Shown piece by piece: positions 11,441 through 21,227 of a stretch of 64,000 nucleotides of DNA. The translations under genes were made by a program, and so were the position numbers. The notes beneath the pieces were generated by a model. It was not told where the DNA came from, did not search any database, and worked only from the letters and a program-made list of their open reading frames with translations. Positions within the stretch are counted from its first letter, which is position 1. Each line of letters starts with the position of its first letter. This stretch comes from Candidatus Cloacimonadota bacterium (lineage in GTDB: Bacteria > Cloacimonadota > Cloacimonadia > Cloacimonadales > TCS61): positions 10,137-74,136 of the forward strand of contig JAGYMQ010000034.1 of NCBI GenBank assembly GCA_018400535.1, given 5' to 3'.

Positions 11441-14400
11441 TCAAAATCTGATCTCGATCCAGATAGCAATGCGTACAGTTTTGATGATCTTTCCATCCTT
11501 TTTGTCATTATTCCAACTGTATTCGCCAGTGAGTCCAGCATCTACGCTACGGTTAAATTTGTAGGACGCTCCTGGTGCAATCGTATATTTCACGCGATTG
11601 TTATTAACCACTTCTTCTTGCCCGAAAGTGGTGTCATAATTTTTTTCCCAACTGAAATTGAGGTCAGTTGTCAATTCATTTTTCAGATTCGTTCTTTTCA
11701 AGAAAGGAATTTTCAAACCACGTGGATTGGAAAAAGACCAGGATAATTGTCCATTTACTGATTTTGCATCAGAATTAGAGCCGGTATTTCCAGAATTTAG
11801 AAAACGAGTATTTTGACTTGTTGTCCAATTATAGCTGATGGTGCTGGTAATATTGTGCAGCCAGTTTCCGTGCCACGAAATGAGTGGAGAATAACTGTGT
11901 CGAATGTTTTCTGATTCAGGTTCAGTAAAATCAAGGTCTCCATCTTTTGTTGTGGAACGAACATAGGTGCTTGTCAATCTGGAGCTGGTCAGAATTTTTT
12001 CGGCGTGGATCAATTTTTCAAATTCAGATAGAGTTATTGCAATATTGGGAAAGGTTGTGGTGATCTTTTCGTTGTCACGATCACCATAATTTTTTGTGAT
12101 ATTAAGGCTATAGCCAACAGTTGTGGAAAGGTAATTCAAGATTGGAAAGCCGAGTGAAGTAGAATAATCATCTGTAATTGTTTTGAGATTGATCTCGCTG
12201 TCTGGTCCTTCTTCATTCAGAATATGAGGTAAACCTAATTGATAAAGAAATTCTGGTCGTTCCTTGCGATCATCATAGGAAGTTTTGTAGTTATTGGAAT
12301 ATTGTAATTGGATATTATCCATTCTGCCGAAATAAGCAATTATCGCTGCAGCGAGATTATTTCGTCTGCTGCTAGTTTGTTCTTTCTGTTCTTCTTTTCC
12401 CTTTCTCTCTTTTTCTTCTCCAGTTTTGTCTTTTTCTTCTTTTCCTGGTAATATTTCTTTTTGTTTCTTCAGTTCTTCTTCTGTTCTATTTTTTTGTTTT
12501 TCTGCCTCTTCTCTTTTTTTTCTTTCTTCTGCAGCTTCTTCTTCGCGCCGTTTTTGTTCTTCTTCTCCACCTTTGTTTTCTTCTTTTGTTGAATCTTTTT
12601 TCTCTTCACCTGTTTTTTCTTCATCGGTTTCTTTTTTCTCCTTGTCCAGAAATTCAGCGAGAGAAAGAAGAAGTTCTTTATTTTTTAGAGTGATATTGCC
12701 AGTTAATTTTCTGGTTACATTGCCTTTATAATAAAGTGTATCTTGAGAGCTGGTTTTTTCATGAACTTCATCATAGATAGAAGAGGCAGTGCCTGAAAAA
12801 ACAAAAACATTGTCGATGTAATGAGGATCATAATTCAAGGAAATATTTTGATTACGTCTTTTTTCATCACCGATATTGATATCATGCAAATAATTTTTCC
12901 GCATCAGATCGCGATTGGTCGTTAGTTTGTAGGAAGTGCCAATATCCGAGAAAATATCATATTCAATTCTGGTGTCGGTATCAAAGGTTTTTGTATCTTG
13001 TTGATTTGGTCTTTTCACCCATTGAGGTAAGGTATCGTTATTCGTGTCCCAATAATAGCGATCAGGTTCGGAAAGCTTGAATTTGAAAGTATTTGTAAAA
13101 GATTTTGGAAAAAAATAGAAGCTGTAATTCGATAAGATTTTGATATCAGACGATTCTTTGGGAATATCCAGATCATAAGTGTGTTTTGCGTCGAAAGTGA
13201 ATGTCGTATCAGCTGAATTTGCTTGAAGCGATTGCATTCGTTCGATGCTGGAATTGACCGAAGTGTTTTTTATCATCAGTTCCAAGATTTTGCTGCGTGG
13301 CGTTTTATTCTGACTGAAATTTAGTGTTGCTCGATGAGTGAGAGATTCAGTCTTTTCTTTTTCCTTGTCTTCTTCTGTCAAATCTTTGCGCAGAATATCT
13401 GAATTTGTTTTGAATCTTGGAATAGAAAGTGATTGATTACGCGTCAGATTCAAGGGAATATTCAAGCCCCATTCTGCTGGGAAAAATTTGTTGATATTGT
13501 ATTTATTGGAAACATTGAGACTAAAGTTTTCCTTATAATCTAAATTACGTTGCCTTTTAGCAGAAGATTGAAAATTCTGAGATTTCCAATCAAGGCTGAT
13601 ATCAAAGGTTGAAAAATCGGCAAAACTTGTATGAAAAGAAGTTCGTGCTGCATAACCAATATCTTCATAAGGATCAGCTACGCGAATATCATCAAAATAG
13701 ATTCTGCCAGTAAAAGTTTCTGTTGCTTTCATGCCAAGCCACATTGTTCGAATATTGGAAAGGGTGGGGTTTCCTACTTTGATAAAGCGAGATTCACCTT
13801 TCTTGTAGCTTGTCAGATCATTACGTTCCAATGTTTTAAGATGAGAAATATCAGAAAAATCGATTTCGATTTCCTTCCAGGCATCATAATCCATTTCTGT
13901 CTGATAAGTTTGAATCGCAATCGGATGTCTGATCTCATAATAATCGGTAGAATCAGCGCCGAGACGGTAGATCAAAGAATCTGCTTCTTCTCGGCTGAAA
14001 GTATTTTCGGCTAATTCAGCATAGACCCAAAGGCGAATTTTATTGTAACTCAGCAGATTGAATGATTCCAGGAATTCTTGCATAACCAAGCCATAATGAT
14101 TTTCTTGTAAATTATTATAATCAATAATGAGAGATTGTTCCAAAGTAGATTCACCCATATCTTTGATCTCGGTATGAGGAGCGGGTGTATAATGTTGATT
14201 CTTTTGATTATCAATGATGCCGACGTTCATCGTCTCTGATTCAGAGCTAACAATATTTCCAACTTCGTTTCTGATTCCATCTTCTTCCCATTTATTTCCC
14301 ACAAGGTCAAGCGTGGCGATCTTTATTCTGGTGCTGTCTTCCACTTCGAACCACACACGAGCATAATTGATCTTTTCGATATTCGGCTGCACATTGCTTT

Positions 14401-17400
14401 GATTGGAGATGATCGAATAATTTTTTGAATTTTGCATTGGAATCCGATATAATCTCCAACCTTTGTATTCATTCAAAAGATATTCGCTGTCTTCAGTTAG
14501 GACAGTAGAATATTCGAAATAGACATCTTCCGTATTAAGAAGTCCATTAGCGTCAAGATCTTCTGTATCAAGACGGTTATTTCCTTCGGTGCCATTAATA
14601 TAGGGATATTCTTCTTCTCCATTGATAATTACTTTTTCATTACTCCAGTTATCGTAGGGATCATCGCCTGGATTGCCATCTGCTATCCGATCCAAACCCA
14701 CATCTTCTTCCAGGTCCAAAATACCATCACGATATTTCAGGCCATCTTCCATATCCAATTTACCTTCTCCGTTTTCATCGGTAAAAGTATAAAAATTTTC
14801 ATTTATATCACCCAGATTAATATGCATCGTAACAGGCTTTTGTTCGATGTTATAATTTAAAGTATCTACGCGCACCAAAAATTCGATATATTTCTTTTTC
14901 GAAAAATCCAGTTGATTACCGAGATATTTCATCAATCCCGCCCAATGTTTTGTGGTCGAACCAGGCATATTTAATTCCAGTGGTTTGATCTTGCAAGCGA
15001 GAACGGAGACCTTGTCGTTTTCTTCTTCTTCAGAAAGCGAGGATGTGTCATAAACATCTCGCATGTAAATATTTGTGGGAGAATAATAATTGATTTTTGC
15101 TCGATTATAATCAATAAAATTACCAGTGGGATAGGTTGCTGGTTTGCTGGCTGGTGACCAGGAAGTTCTGGTGACGCCAAGAGGATAAGAATCCAGAATA
15201 CCTTCCATATCATCGACATAAGCTTCTTTTTTGTCGTGTTGTTTATCGCTGCCATAGATTCTTGGAATGCTCATAGCAACTTCGCCGGTCAGGCGGATTT
15301 TCGAATCGGAATCGGTTTTGATGAGTGGTAGCCAATCGATCGCTTTTGTTAAGAATGGCACATCATATTCCAATTCTGCATCCAGATCTGCCAGAAAAAT
15401 ACTGCGATTTTCATTACCGATCTTAGGTCTGTCTTCTTTCACTTTTTCTGATTGATAGATGATCGTTCCTCCGATCTTACAATTTTGATTCAGCTGCAGA
15501 TCTGCGCGTGTTCCCAGAATGGTTTTGCTATCGACAGCAAAAAGAGGGCGGTATTGAAAATCGATTTCAATTTCTGCATCGGAATCCTTTGCTTCAGAAG
15601 AAAGAAATGTTACTATCCCAAAATCATAATCGACAATATAATCAATATTTTCTTTCAGTTCTCTTTTTTCTGGACCGAGCCGCACTGTCACACTATTGGG
15701 AAGAATATTCATCTGATTGAGGGAAATGAATTCTCGTCCGATCTCACCTTTGACGCTGATATAATTCTCTATTTCATTATAATTTACGTTTTCATCGACA
15801 TAGATCAAACTATCACCGATTGCCTCGAAAGGTCTGAGAAATGGCATTACCAGATAACCAGCTGCAAGATTGACCGTTGCATCTTCGCCATTGATCACAC
15901 CATCGCCATTGACGTCCAGGCGCAGATATTCATTGATCGTATTCCAATCGCCGAAACTGATCTCGGAAGGAAGATTGTAGTTTGGAGTATCATCAGCATT
16001 TTTGGTGAAGACGTTCAGTTCGAAACCTTCATTTTTTATATTTTGCATATTGAAATTGTAAATATTTCGGATCTGCAAATCCCAATATTCTTCATTTACA
16101 TCTTGGTTGGTGTAGCGCAATAATTTCACTTCGACTGGAGAAGATGAATCATCTCCCACTTGATTTCCATCAATGTCTGTAAAAGTTATTCCGATTGTAT
16201 ATTTTTTTTGGATCGAATTGTTCAAGATCAGGATCCCGGCGTCATAATCGATGATATAATCTGAACCTTCGATCAGAACGTCAAAATTATATAGATTATC
16301 GGGGTAACCTGTTTCAAAGCCGGAAATGGTCGTCGTGTTGTTATTAGCATTATGATCATCCAGATAAACCGTAACTTCTTTGGCTGGATCTGGTAAGATC
16401 TTTCCATTTTTTATGATCCATTCGCCTTTGTCATTGAGCTTGATCGCGTTATCTTTCCATCCGATCGGATAATCGACGCCTTCAGTTCCATCCGCATCAG
16501 AATAAAGCTGATACATACTTTCAGGCGGATATAAAAAATAGTGAGTTCTTTCCACGAAATTTCTACTCTGGATCGTCACGGAATCTGCTTGAGAAGTTCC
16601 TGTGATCTTCTGTGTGTTTTTCTTAGCTTCATCTCTTCCAATGATGCTGGTGATTTCCAGATTTCCAGCTTTCAATTCAGATTTGATCCCAAAAAGCCCT
16701 TCGGAAGAGACGCTGTAATTAAAGAATTTCGAGCCAGATAAAGCCAGCGCAATATTTCCGCCTTCGATCTTTTTCACGATCTCGTCTTCATCACCTTCGT
16801 AGCTGACGTTTATTTCTGTTGGTTCAGGAATTGCATTTTCGTCGGAAGAAGTGCGATGGTTGACGTTAACGTGAATTTTTTCTCCGATAGTTCCTTTCAG
16901 AAGGATATCAAGGTCTTGTTTCAATTCCAGATCAAAATCACCTCGAGATTCATTTTCTGCCAAAGCAGCATTATCTCGCGTTGTGTTATTTCCTGCGATC
17001 GTGAGTTTTTGACTGCCATCCAGATTCAATCTACCGGCTTTATTTCCCATGAATTTTCTAACAGCTTTTGGAAGGGCGATCTTGGGAAGTTCGATCACGA
17101 TCTCTGGAATCAAGCCACTTCCTTCTTCTCTTTCTGTATTTCCCAGAAGTTCATCGATTTTTTCTGCTAATTTTTTTTCGAAGACAGCCACAAAATTGTT
17201 TTGGAAATAGTTTTCAAGGGAAAAATATATAGGATGGAAAAGTTGAATTTCATTGATCTTTAATTCCACTTTTACTAGATTCTCATCATAAAAAACGGTT
17301 GGTTCATTTTTAGGAATGTTTCTGGTAAGTCGATTGCGATGGTGAGGAGAAATAGAAAATCCTTTATCAAAATGATAATAATTTAAAGTATTGTTTTCTA

Positions 17401-17503
17401 CCTGATAAAATCCTTCCAAGTAAATATCTGGTGCAAAACTATCTGCAGAGAGCATGCAGATAAAACTCCCAAAAAAGAATATAGATAAGAGAAATTTTCT
17501 CAT
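11441..17503 (-). CDS. sprA: Giant outer-membrane protein, SprA/Sov-like (T9SS translocon family)
   Basis: 2020 aa with a signal peptide (MRKFLLSIFFFGSFICMLSA). The block YEGDEDEIVKKIEGGNIALALSG...LFGIKSELKAGNLEITSII resembles, from memory, the SprA N-terminal repeat. The sequence is rich in beta-strand-like aromatic/polar alternation and ends in a terminal ...IRF, as in OM beta-barrels. Confidence 0.6.
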   Translation of the reverse strand: MRKFLLSIFFFGSFICMLSADSFAPDIYLEGFYQVENNTLNYYHFDKGFSISPHHRNRLTRNIPKNEPTVFYDENLVKVELKINEIQLFHPIYFSLENYFQNNFVAVFEKKLAEKIDELLGNTEREEGSGLIPEIVIELPKIALPKAVRKFMGNKAGRLNLDGSQKLTIAGNNTTRDNAALAENESRGDFDLELKQDLDILLKGTIGEKIHVNVNHRTSSDENAIPEPTEINVSYEGDEDEIVKKIEGGNIALALSGSKFFNYSVSSEGLFGIKSELKAGNLEITSIIGRDEAKKNTQKITGTSQADSVTIQSRNFVERTHYFLYPPESMYQLYSDADGTEGVDYPIGWKDNAIKLNDKGEWIIKNGKILPDPAKEVTVYLDDHNANNNTTTISGFETGYPDNLYNFDVLIEGSDYIIDYDAGILILNNSIQKKYTIGITFTDIDGNQVGDDSSSPVEVKLLRYTNQDVNEEYWDLQIRNIYNFNMQNIKNEGFELNVFTKNADDTPNYNLPSEISFGDWNTINEYLRLDVNGDGVINGEDATVNLAAGYLVMPFLRPFEAIGDSLIYVDENVNYNEIENYISVKGEIGREFISLNQMNILPNSVTVRLGPEKRELKENIDYIVDYDFGIVTFLSSEAKDSDAEIEIDFQYRPLFAVDSKTILGTRADLQLNQNCKIGGTIIYQSEKVKEDRPKIGNENRSIFLADLDAELEYDVPFLTKAIDWLPLIKTDSDSKIRLTGEVAMSIPRIYGSDKQHDKKEAYVDDMEGILDSYPLGVTRTSWSPASKPATYPTGNFIDYNRAKINYYSPTNIYMRDVYDTSSLSEEEENDKVSVLACKIKPLELNMPGSTTKHWAGLMKYLGNQLDFSKKKYIEFLVRVDTLNYNIEQKPVTMHINLGDINENFYTFTDENGEGKLDMEDGLKYRDGILDLEEDVGLDRIADGNPGDDPYDNWSNEKVIINGEEEYPYINGTEGNNRLDTEDLDANGLLNTEDVYFEYSTVLTEDSEYLLNEYKGWRLYRIPMQNSKNYSIISNQSNVQPNIEKINYARVWFEVEDSTRIKIATLDLVGNKWEEDGIRNEVGNIVSSESETMNVGIIDNQKNQHYTPAPHTEIKDMGESTLEQSLIIDYNNLQENHYGLVMQEFLESFNLLSYNKIRLWVYAELAENTFSREEADSLIYRLGADSTDYYEIRHPIAIQTYQTEMDYDAWKEIEIDFSDISHLKTLERNDLTSYKKGESRFIKVGNPTLSNIRTMWLGMKATETFTGRIYFDDIRVADPYEDIGYAARTSFHTSFADFSTFDISLDWKSQNFQSSAKRQRNLDYKENFSLNVSNKYNINKFFPAEWGLNIPLNLTRNQSLSIPRFKTNSDILRKDLTEEDKEKEKTESLTHRATLNFSQNKTPRSKILELMIKNTSVNSSIERMQSLQANSADTTFTFDAKHTYDLDIPKESSDIKILSNYSFYFFPKSFTNTFKFKLSEPDRYYWDTNNDTLPQWVKRPNQQDTKTFDTDTRIEYDIFSDIGTSYKLTTNRDLMRKNYLHDINIGDEKRRNQNISLNYDPHYIDNVFVFSGTASSIYDEVHEKTSSQDTLYYKGNVTRKLTGNITLKNKELLLSLAEFLDKEKKETDEEKTGEEKKDSTKEENKGGEEEQKRREEEAAEERKKREEAEKQKNRTEEELKKQKEILPGKEEKDKTGEEKERKGKEEQKEQTSSRRNNLAAAIIAYFGRMDNIQLQYSNNYKTSYDDRKERPEFLYQLGLPHILNEEGPDSEINLKTITDDYSTSLGFPILNYLSTTVGYSLNITKNYGDRDNEKITTTFPNIAITLSEFEKLIHAEKILTSSRLTSTYVRSTTKDGDLDFTEPESENIRHSYSPLISWHGNWLHNITSTISYNWTTSQNTRFLNSGNTGSNSDAKSVNGQLSWSFSNPRGLKIPFLKRTNLKNELTTDLNFSWEKNYDTTFGQEEVVNNNRVKYTIAPGASYKFNRSVDAGLTGEYSWNNDKKDGKIIKTVRIAIWIEIRF

Positions 17504-17513
17504 TGATAGTAAA

Positions 17514-18290
17514 TTATCGCAAACAGATCAGGTTCAATCCGTCTAAGGTCAATTCTTTATCGATCACATCGATCTCTGTTGTATTTTTACAGATCATTTC
17601 GGCAATGCCGCCCGTAGCGATAGCTTTCATTCCGCCCAATTTTTTAAAATCCGCTCTGATCTTTCTGATGAAACTATCGATCATAAAAGCATTACCGAGA
17701 ACAATTCCAGAGCGAAGAGCGTCGGCGGTTGTTCTACCCAATATATTTTCGGGTGAATTCAATTCGATCTGAGCTAATTGTGATGCAGTGCTGATCAGTT
17801 CTTTCGTGGAAGATAGTACGCCCGGAGCAATAGCAGTGCCATAGAAATATCCATTCTTTCCCACTAATTGGATCGTTGTGGCAGAGCCAAAATCGCAGAT
17901 GATTGAATTTGTATGATATTTTTCTTTGGCAGCGAAAGCATTAACAACAAGATCAGAACCGACAAAACCAGGATCAGACATTGGAAATTCTAATCCCAAT
18001 TCAGTATAGGCATTGATCAAATGCATTTTTGTGTGAGGTAAATATTTACGAATCAGATGAGAAAAACAATTGGTCAATTGTGGAACCACAGAACTCAGGG
18101 CGGTGTGAGCGATCTCTTCTTTTGTGATATTTTTCAGGATCAGCAAAGAATTGATCTTGTTAAAATATTCATCTTCGGTAGCATAATGATCTGTGTGCAA
18201 ACGCCAGGATACGAGCAAGTTTTCTTGTTCATAGACACCGATAACAGTGTGTGTGTTGCCTACGTCGATCACTAAATTCTTGGCTTTCAT
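17514..18290 (-). CDS. coaX: Type III pantothenate kinase
   Basis: LVIDVGNTHTVIGVY, DFGSATT and AIATGG motifs of CoaX. Confidence 0.85.
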   Translation of the reverse strand: MKAKNLVIDVGNTHTVIGVYEQENLLVSWRLHTDHYATEDEYFNKINSLLILKNITKEEIAHTALSSVVPQLTNCFSHLIRKYLPHTKMHLINAYTELGLEFPMSDPGFVGSDLVVNAFAAKEKYHTNSIICDFGSATTIQLVGKNGYFYGTAIAPGVLSSTKELISTASQLAQIELNSPENILGRTTADALRSGIVLGNAFMIDSFIRKIRADFKKLGGMKAIATGGIAEMICKNTTEIDVIDKELTLDGLNLICLR

Positions 18291-18393
18291 ATTTACCCCG
18301 TAAATATACTTTTTTCCTGATTTTAAAATTAGTTGTAAATATAAAAAATTATTTGTCTTAAAAATTTGAAATCAAGTTTCTTGTCAATGAAAG

Positions 18394-18420
18394 AAAGCCG
18401 ACTTTTCAAAAGCCGGCTTT
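18394..18420 (-). terminator. Rho-independent terminator after the ferredoxin gene
   Basis: On the minus strand, aaagccggc...gtcggcttt is followed by a T-rich ctttc. Confidence 0.55.
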
Positions 18421-18442
18421 AAATAGAGAGGATACTTCTGAA

Positions 18443-18613
18443 TTATAAAGAAATTGCCTCAACAGGACAAGCATCGACGCAAGCGCCACAATCGACGCAT
18501 TTTTCTTCGTCGCATTCAGCTTTGTCATCGTTCATGAAAAGAGCTTCTGTGGGACAAGTATCAATACAAGCAGAACATCCGGTGCACAGTTCTTTGTCTA
18601 TTTTCACTGCCAT
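18443..18613 (-). CDS. 2x[4Fe-4S] ferredoxin (56 aa, absent from the supplied ORF track)
   Basis: Hand translation gives MAVKIDKELCTGCSACIDTCPTEALFMNDDKAECDEEKCVDCGACVDACPVEAISL. It has two CxxCxxCxxxCP motifs and a GGAGGG RBS 8 nt upstream. Confidence 0.85.
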   Translation of the reverse strand: MAVKIDKELCTGCSACIDTCPTEALFMNDDKAECDEEKCVDCGACVDACPVEAISL

Positions 18614-18667
18614 ACTTCTACCCTCCTTTTCTTATTTTGCGCTAAATTATTAAGATCGATTATTAGT

Positions 18668-19426
18668 TCAAGCTTTTTTTGATAAGAAAAAATCAACAGC
18701 ATTCTGATAGCTCATCGCAGCAATTTTTTTGGGAGCAAGAAATTTTATTTCTGCGATTTTTTGAATGATATATTGTAGGTTCAAAGGTGAATTTCTTTTG
18801 CCTCGATTGGGCTGCGGTGAAAGATATGGCGAATCTGTCTCCACGAAAAATCGATCTGTCGGAATCATTCTTATCACATCAGCAAGCTGAGGATTTTTGT
18901 AGGTTATCGTTCCAGTGAAAGAAGCAAACCAACCTTTTTCCAAGATCTTTTCCAAAAAAATTACATTTCCTGAAAAACAATGAAAGACAACTTTTTCGGG
19001 AAGAAATTCTTCCAAAATTTCTAAAATATCTTGATGTGCATCTCGATCGTGGATCACGACAGGTTTTTCCAATTCTTTGGCGATCTTCAATTGTTCAATA
19101 AAAGCTTTTTTCTGGACTTTGGGCGGAGTAAGATTGCGGTAATAATCCAATCCGATCTCGCCGATCGCTACAACTTTTTGATGAGCAGCCAGCTGCTTAA
19201 TTTCTTGAATATCCAATTTATCAGCGTCGTGTGGATGATAGCCGACAGTAGCATAAATTTCATCATATTTTTCTGCTAATTGGATGGAAGCTCTGTTGGT
19301 TTCTTTATTAACGCCGATATTATTGATCGGAGCGATTCCTTTTTCAATACATTTTCGGATCAATATATCTCGATCTTGGTCAAATTGCGGGAAATCCAAA
19401 TGAGCATGGGTTTCATAAATTTTCAT
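18668..19426 (-). CDS. TatD-family metal-dependent hydrolase
   Basis: THAHLD, EIGLDY, HCFSG and ETDSPYL motifs. The ATG at 19426 is preceded by GAGGA. Confidence 0.85.
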   Translation of the reverse strand: MKIYETHAHLDFPQFDQDRDILIRKCIEKGIAPINNIGVNKETNRASIQLAEKYDEIYATVGYHPHDADKLDIQEIKQLAAHQKVVAIGEIGLDYYRNLTPPKVQKKAFIEQLKIAKELEKPVVIHDRDAHQDILEILEEFLPEKVVFHCFSGNVIFLEKILEKGWFASFTGTITYKNPQLADVIRMIPTDRFFVETDSPYLSPQPNRGKRNSPLNLQYIIQKIAEIKFLAPKKIAAMSYQNAVDFFLSKKA

Positions 19427-19436
19427 CTTTTTTCCT

Positions 19437-20864
19437 CTATTCATTTACATATAATTTCATCATTATCAAATCCATCTTGTATTCTTGATTGAAATGAAAA
19501 AGAATTTCTGCCAGGTCTTTTTGTTTAGAATTTTGGGCGACCAAAAAGCCTTGCAATTCGATATCGCCATTGATCTTTTTGATCTCGGTCAGACTGAAAA
19601 ATATTTGTCGATTTTCCCACCAGAAATTGAGTAGTAAAAGAAGATCAGCATAAGATGGGAGATCAAAGACTTCTCTTTTGTCAGAGCGTAGAACGAGCGT
19701 CGTGGGAATGTCGTCATGGATCAAGAGGAAATTCAACAATTTGCTGCCAAGCGCTCGATGAGCATAAACAAGCTGCGGGATAAAAGGAACGATCATATCA
19801 GTCTCGTCAGAATTTAGATTGGAAAGCGATATTTTTTCATTTGTATTTAAAATCATATTATTATCTAAGATATCATGGTCGATAGAAGGATTGATCTCAA
19901 TGCCATCATTTTGGCCGATCACTTCAAAGCGAAGATCGGAAAAGATTCTACCATCGATATTTGGACCTTTCAAAATATATTTATTTGCGATCTTGCGGAT
20001 AGAAAAATCTGGAAATTCTTTTTTGATAAAGGTATCTATATTTTCTATCTTATTGTTCAATAATTCTCTTGCTGGCGGTTGATGAAAGTTTTCGGCAATG
20101 AATTTTGCCAGTCCAAAGCGTTCTGTTTTTTGGGGTTCAGCAGGTTTTGATTCCACTAATTCTTCTGATTTCTTTGGTGTCGGTTCAATTTTATCAATAT
20201 CTGTTGGTTTGATCTTTTCTGGAATTTTTTGCTTTTCGATTTTTTTAATTTCAGTGCGTAGAGCTGTCAGGTCTAAATCAGTTTCAAATCCAATCTTGAT
20301 CTCTTTTTTTTGGGTTGGGATGATAAAGAGTATCATATTTTCTTGCACATCCAGTTTGATAGGATCAACCAGCACACGCTCATGCAAAAAAGCTTTTCGC
20401 AGAACTTCCAAAGCAGTTTGATCTACATAATTACCATAGTGCAGTTCGATCTTTTTGATATCAACAAAATCCAAAAAATATTTCTTATCAGACGCATTCA
20501 AACGATAGATCATGCTTTCCAAATATTTGATGTAGCGATCGAGTTCGATCTTTTCGGGCAACAAGAAGATGAAAGGCAAAACTTCTCTTTGATCATAGAT
20601 CTGATGATCTTTCCAATCATATTCCACTTCAATCTGATTTCCATTTTTTGTTTGAAAAGTTTTCACGATCTTTTTTGCTGAAAAACCAGCAGGAAAATCC
20701 GTTTCAAAATCATCATTTTGCAGCCATGAATGATATAATTCATACTGATAATGATTGGCAAAATCCTTTAAATCGGGTTCGAAAGCGGAACTTGAATTCA
20801 TAACGAACCACAGAGTAAAGAGAAAGAAAAGCTTTTTCAAATTAATTCCTATTTTATTTGACAT
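19437..20864 (-). CDS. Hypothetical secreted protein
   Basis: It has an N-terminal signal peptide (LFFLFTLWFVMNSSSAF). I recognise no family motif. Confidence 0.55.
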   Translation of the reverse strand: MSNKIGINLKKLFFLFTLWFVMNSSSAFEPDLKDFANHYQYELYHSWLQNDDFETDFPAGFSAKKIVKTFQTKNGNQIEVEYDWKDHQIYDQREVLPFIFLLPEKIELDRYIKYLESMIYRLNASDKKYFLDFVDIKKIELHYGNYVDQTALEVLRKAFLHERVLVDPIKLDVQENMILFIIPTQKKEIKIGFETDLDLTALRTEIKKIEKQKIPEKIKPTDIDKIEPTPKKSEELVESKPAEPQKTERFGLAKFIAENFHQPPARELLNNKIENIDTFIKKEFPDFSIRKIANKYILKGPNIDGRIFSDLRFEVIGQNDGIEINPSIDHDILDNNMILNTNEKISLSNLNSDETDMIVPFIPQLVYAHRALGSKLLNFLLIHDDIPTTLVLRSDKREVFDLPSYADLLLLLNFWWENRQIFFSLTEIKKINGDIELQGFLVAQNSKQKDLAEILFHFNQEYKMDLIMMKLYVNE

Positions 20865-20939
20865 ATCGATCTAATCCAACTTTTGTGAACGAGTAATTTT
20901 TATGAAAAAAATTGGTCAACCAATTTGAGGAGAAGATAA

Positions 20940-21227
20940 ATGGAGATGTTAGCAGAAAGAAATAAAGAAAGGATCAAAGAATTTTTTGAACTCAGCGAAA
21001 CAGATTTCAATTTGCGGAAATTTCACAAACCTGTCCTTGTTTATGCAATCGATGGAGATAAAGTGCGGTTTTCTCTTTGGGAAGAAGAAATGCTGGAAAA
21101 ATTCGGTCTGGAAAATGTCGATGGTTGGGATAGAACAGAAGAATTGATCTTTTGCCCGGATTGGATGCAAGGTAATGAAGATGACGAAGATCTGGAGGAT
21201 ATCAAGCTGGAAGACGACGATTTTTAA
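20940..21227 (+). CDS. Hypothetical small acidic protein
   Basis: GAGGAG RBS and 95 aa with an acidic C-terminus (NEDDEDLEDIKLEDDDF). It is one of only two isolated plus-strand genes after 7.5 kb. Confidence 0.5.
   Translation: MEMLAERNKERIKEFFELSETDFNLRKFHKPVLVYAIDGDKVRFSLWEEEMLEKFGLENVDGWDRTEELIFCPDWMQGNEDDEDLEDIKLEDDDF

Noticed and set aside
12370-12650. The purine-rich repetitive DNA of the K/E tract as a possible tandem repeat or VNTR.
   Set aside because: I found no unit of fixed length. It is compositional low complexity within an intact reading frame.
12426-12731. A 101-aa plus-strand ORF rich in Ser/Phe (…SSSSVLFFCFSASSLFFLSSAASSS…).
   Set aside because: It is the antisense shadow of the Lys/Glu-rich tract of the 2020-aa minus-strand gene (GAA/AAG codons read as TTC/CTT), not an independent gene.
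15452-16123. A 223-aa plus-strand ORF, together with many other plus-strand ORFs of 60-190 aa that lie inside long minus-strand genes.
   Set aside because: They lie entirely antisense to genes with clear homology, lack an RBS, and have low-complexity or hydrophobic nonsense composition typical of shadow ORFs in AT-rich DNA.
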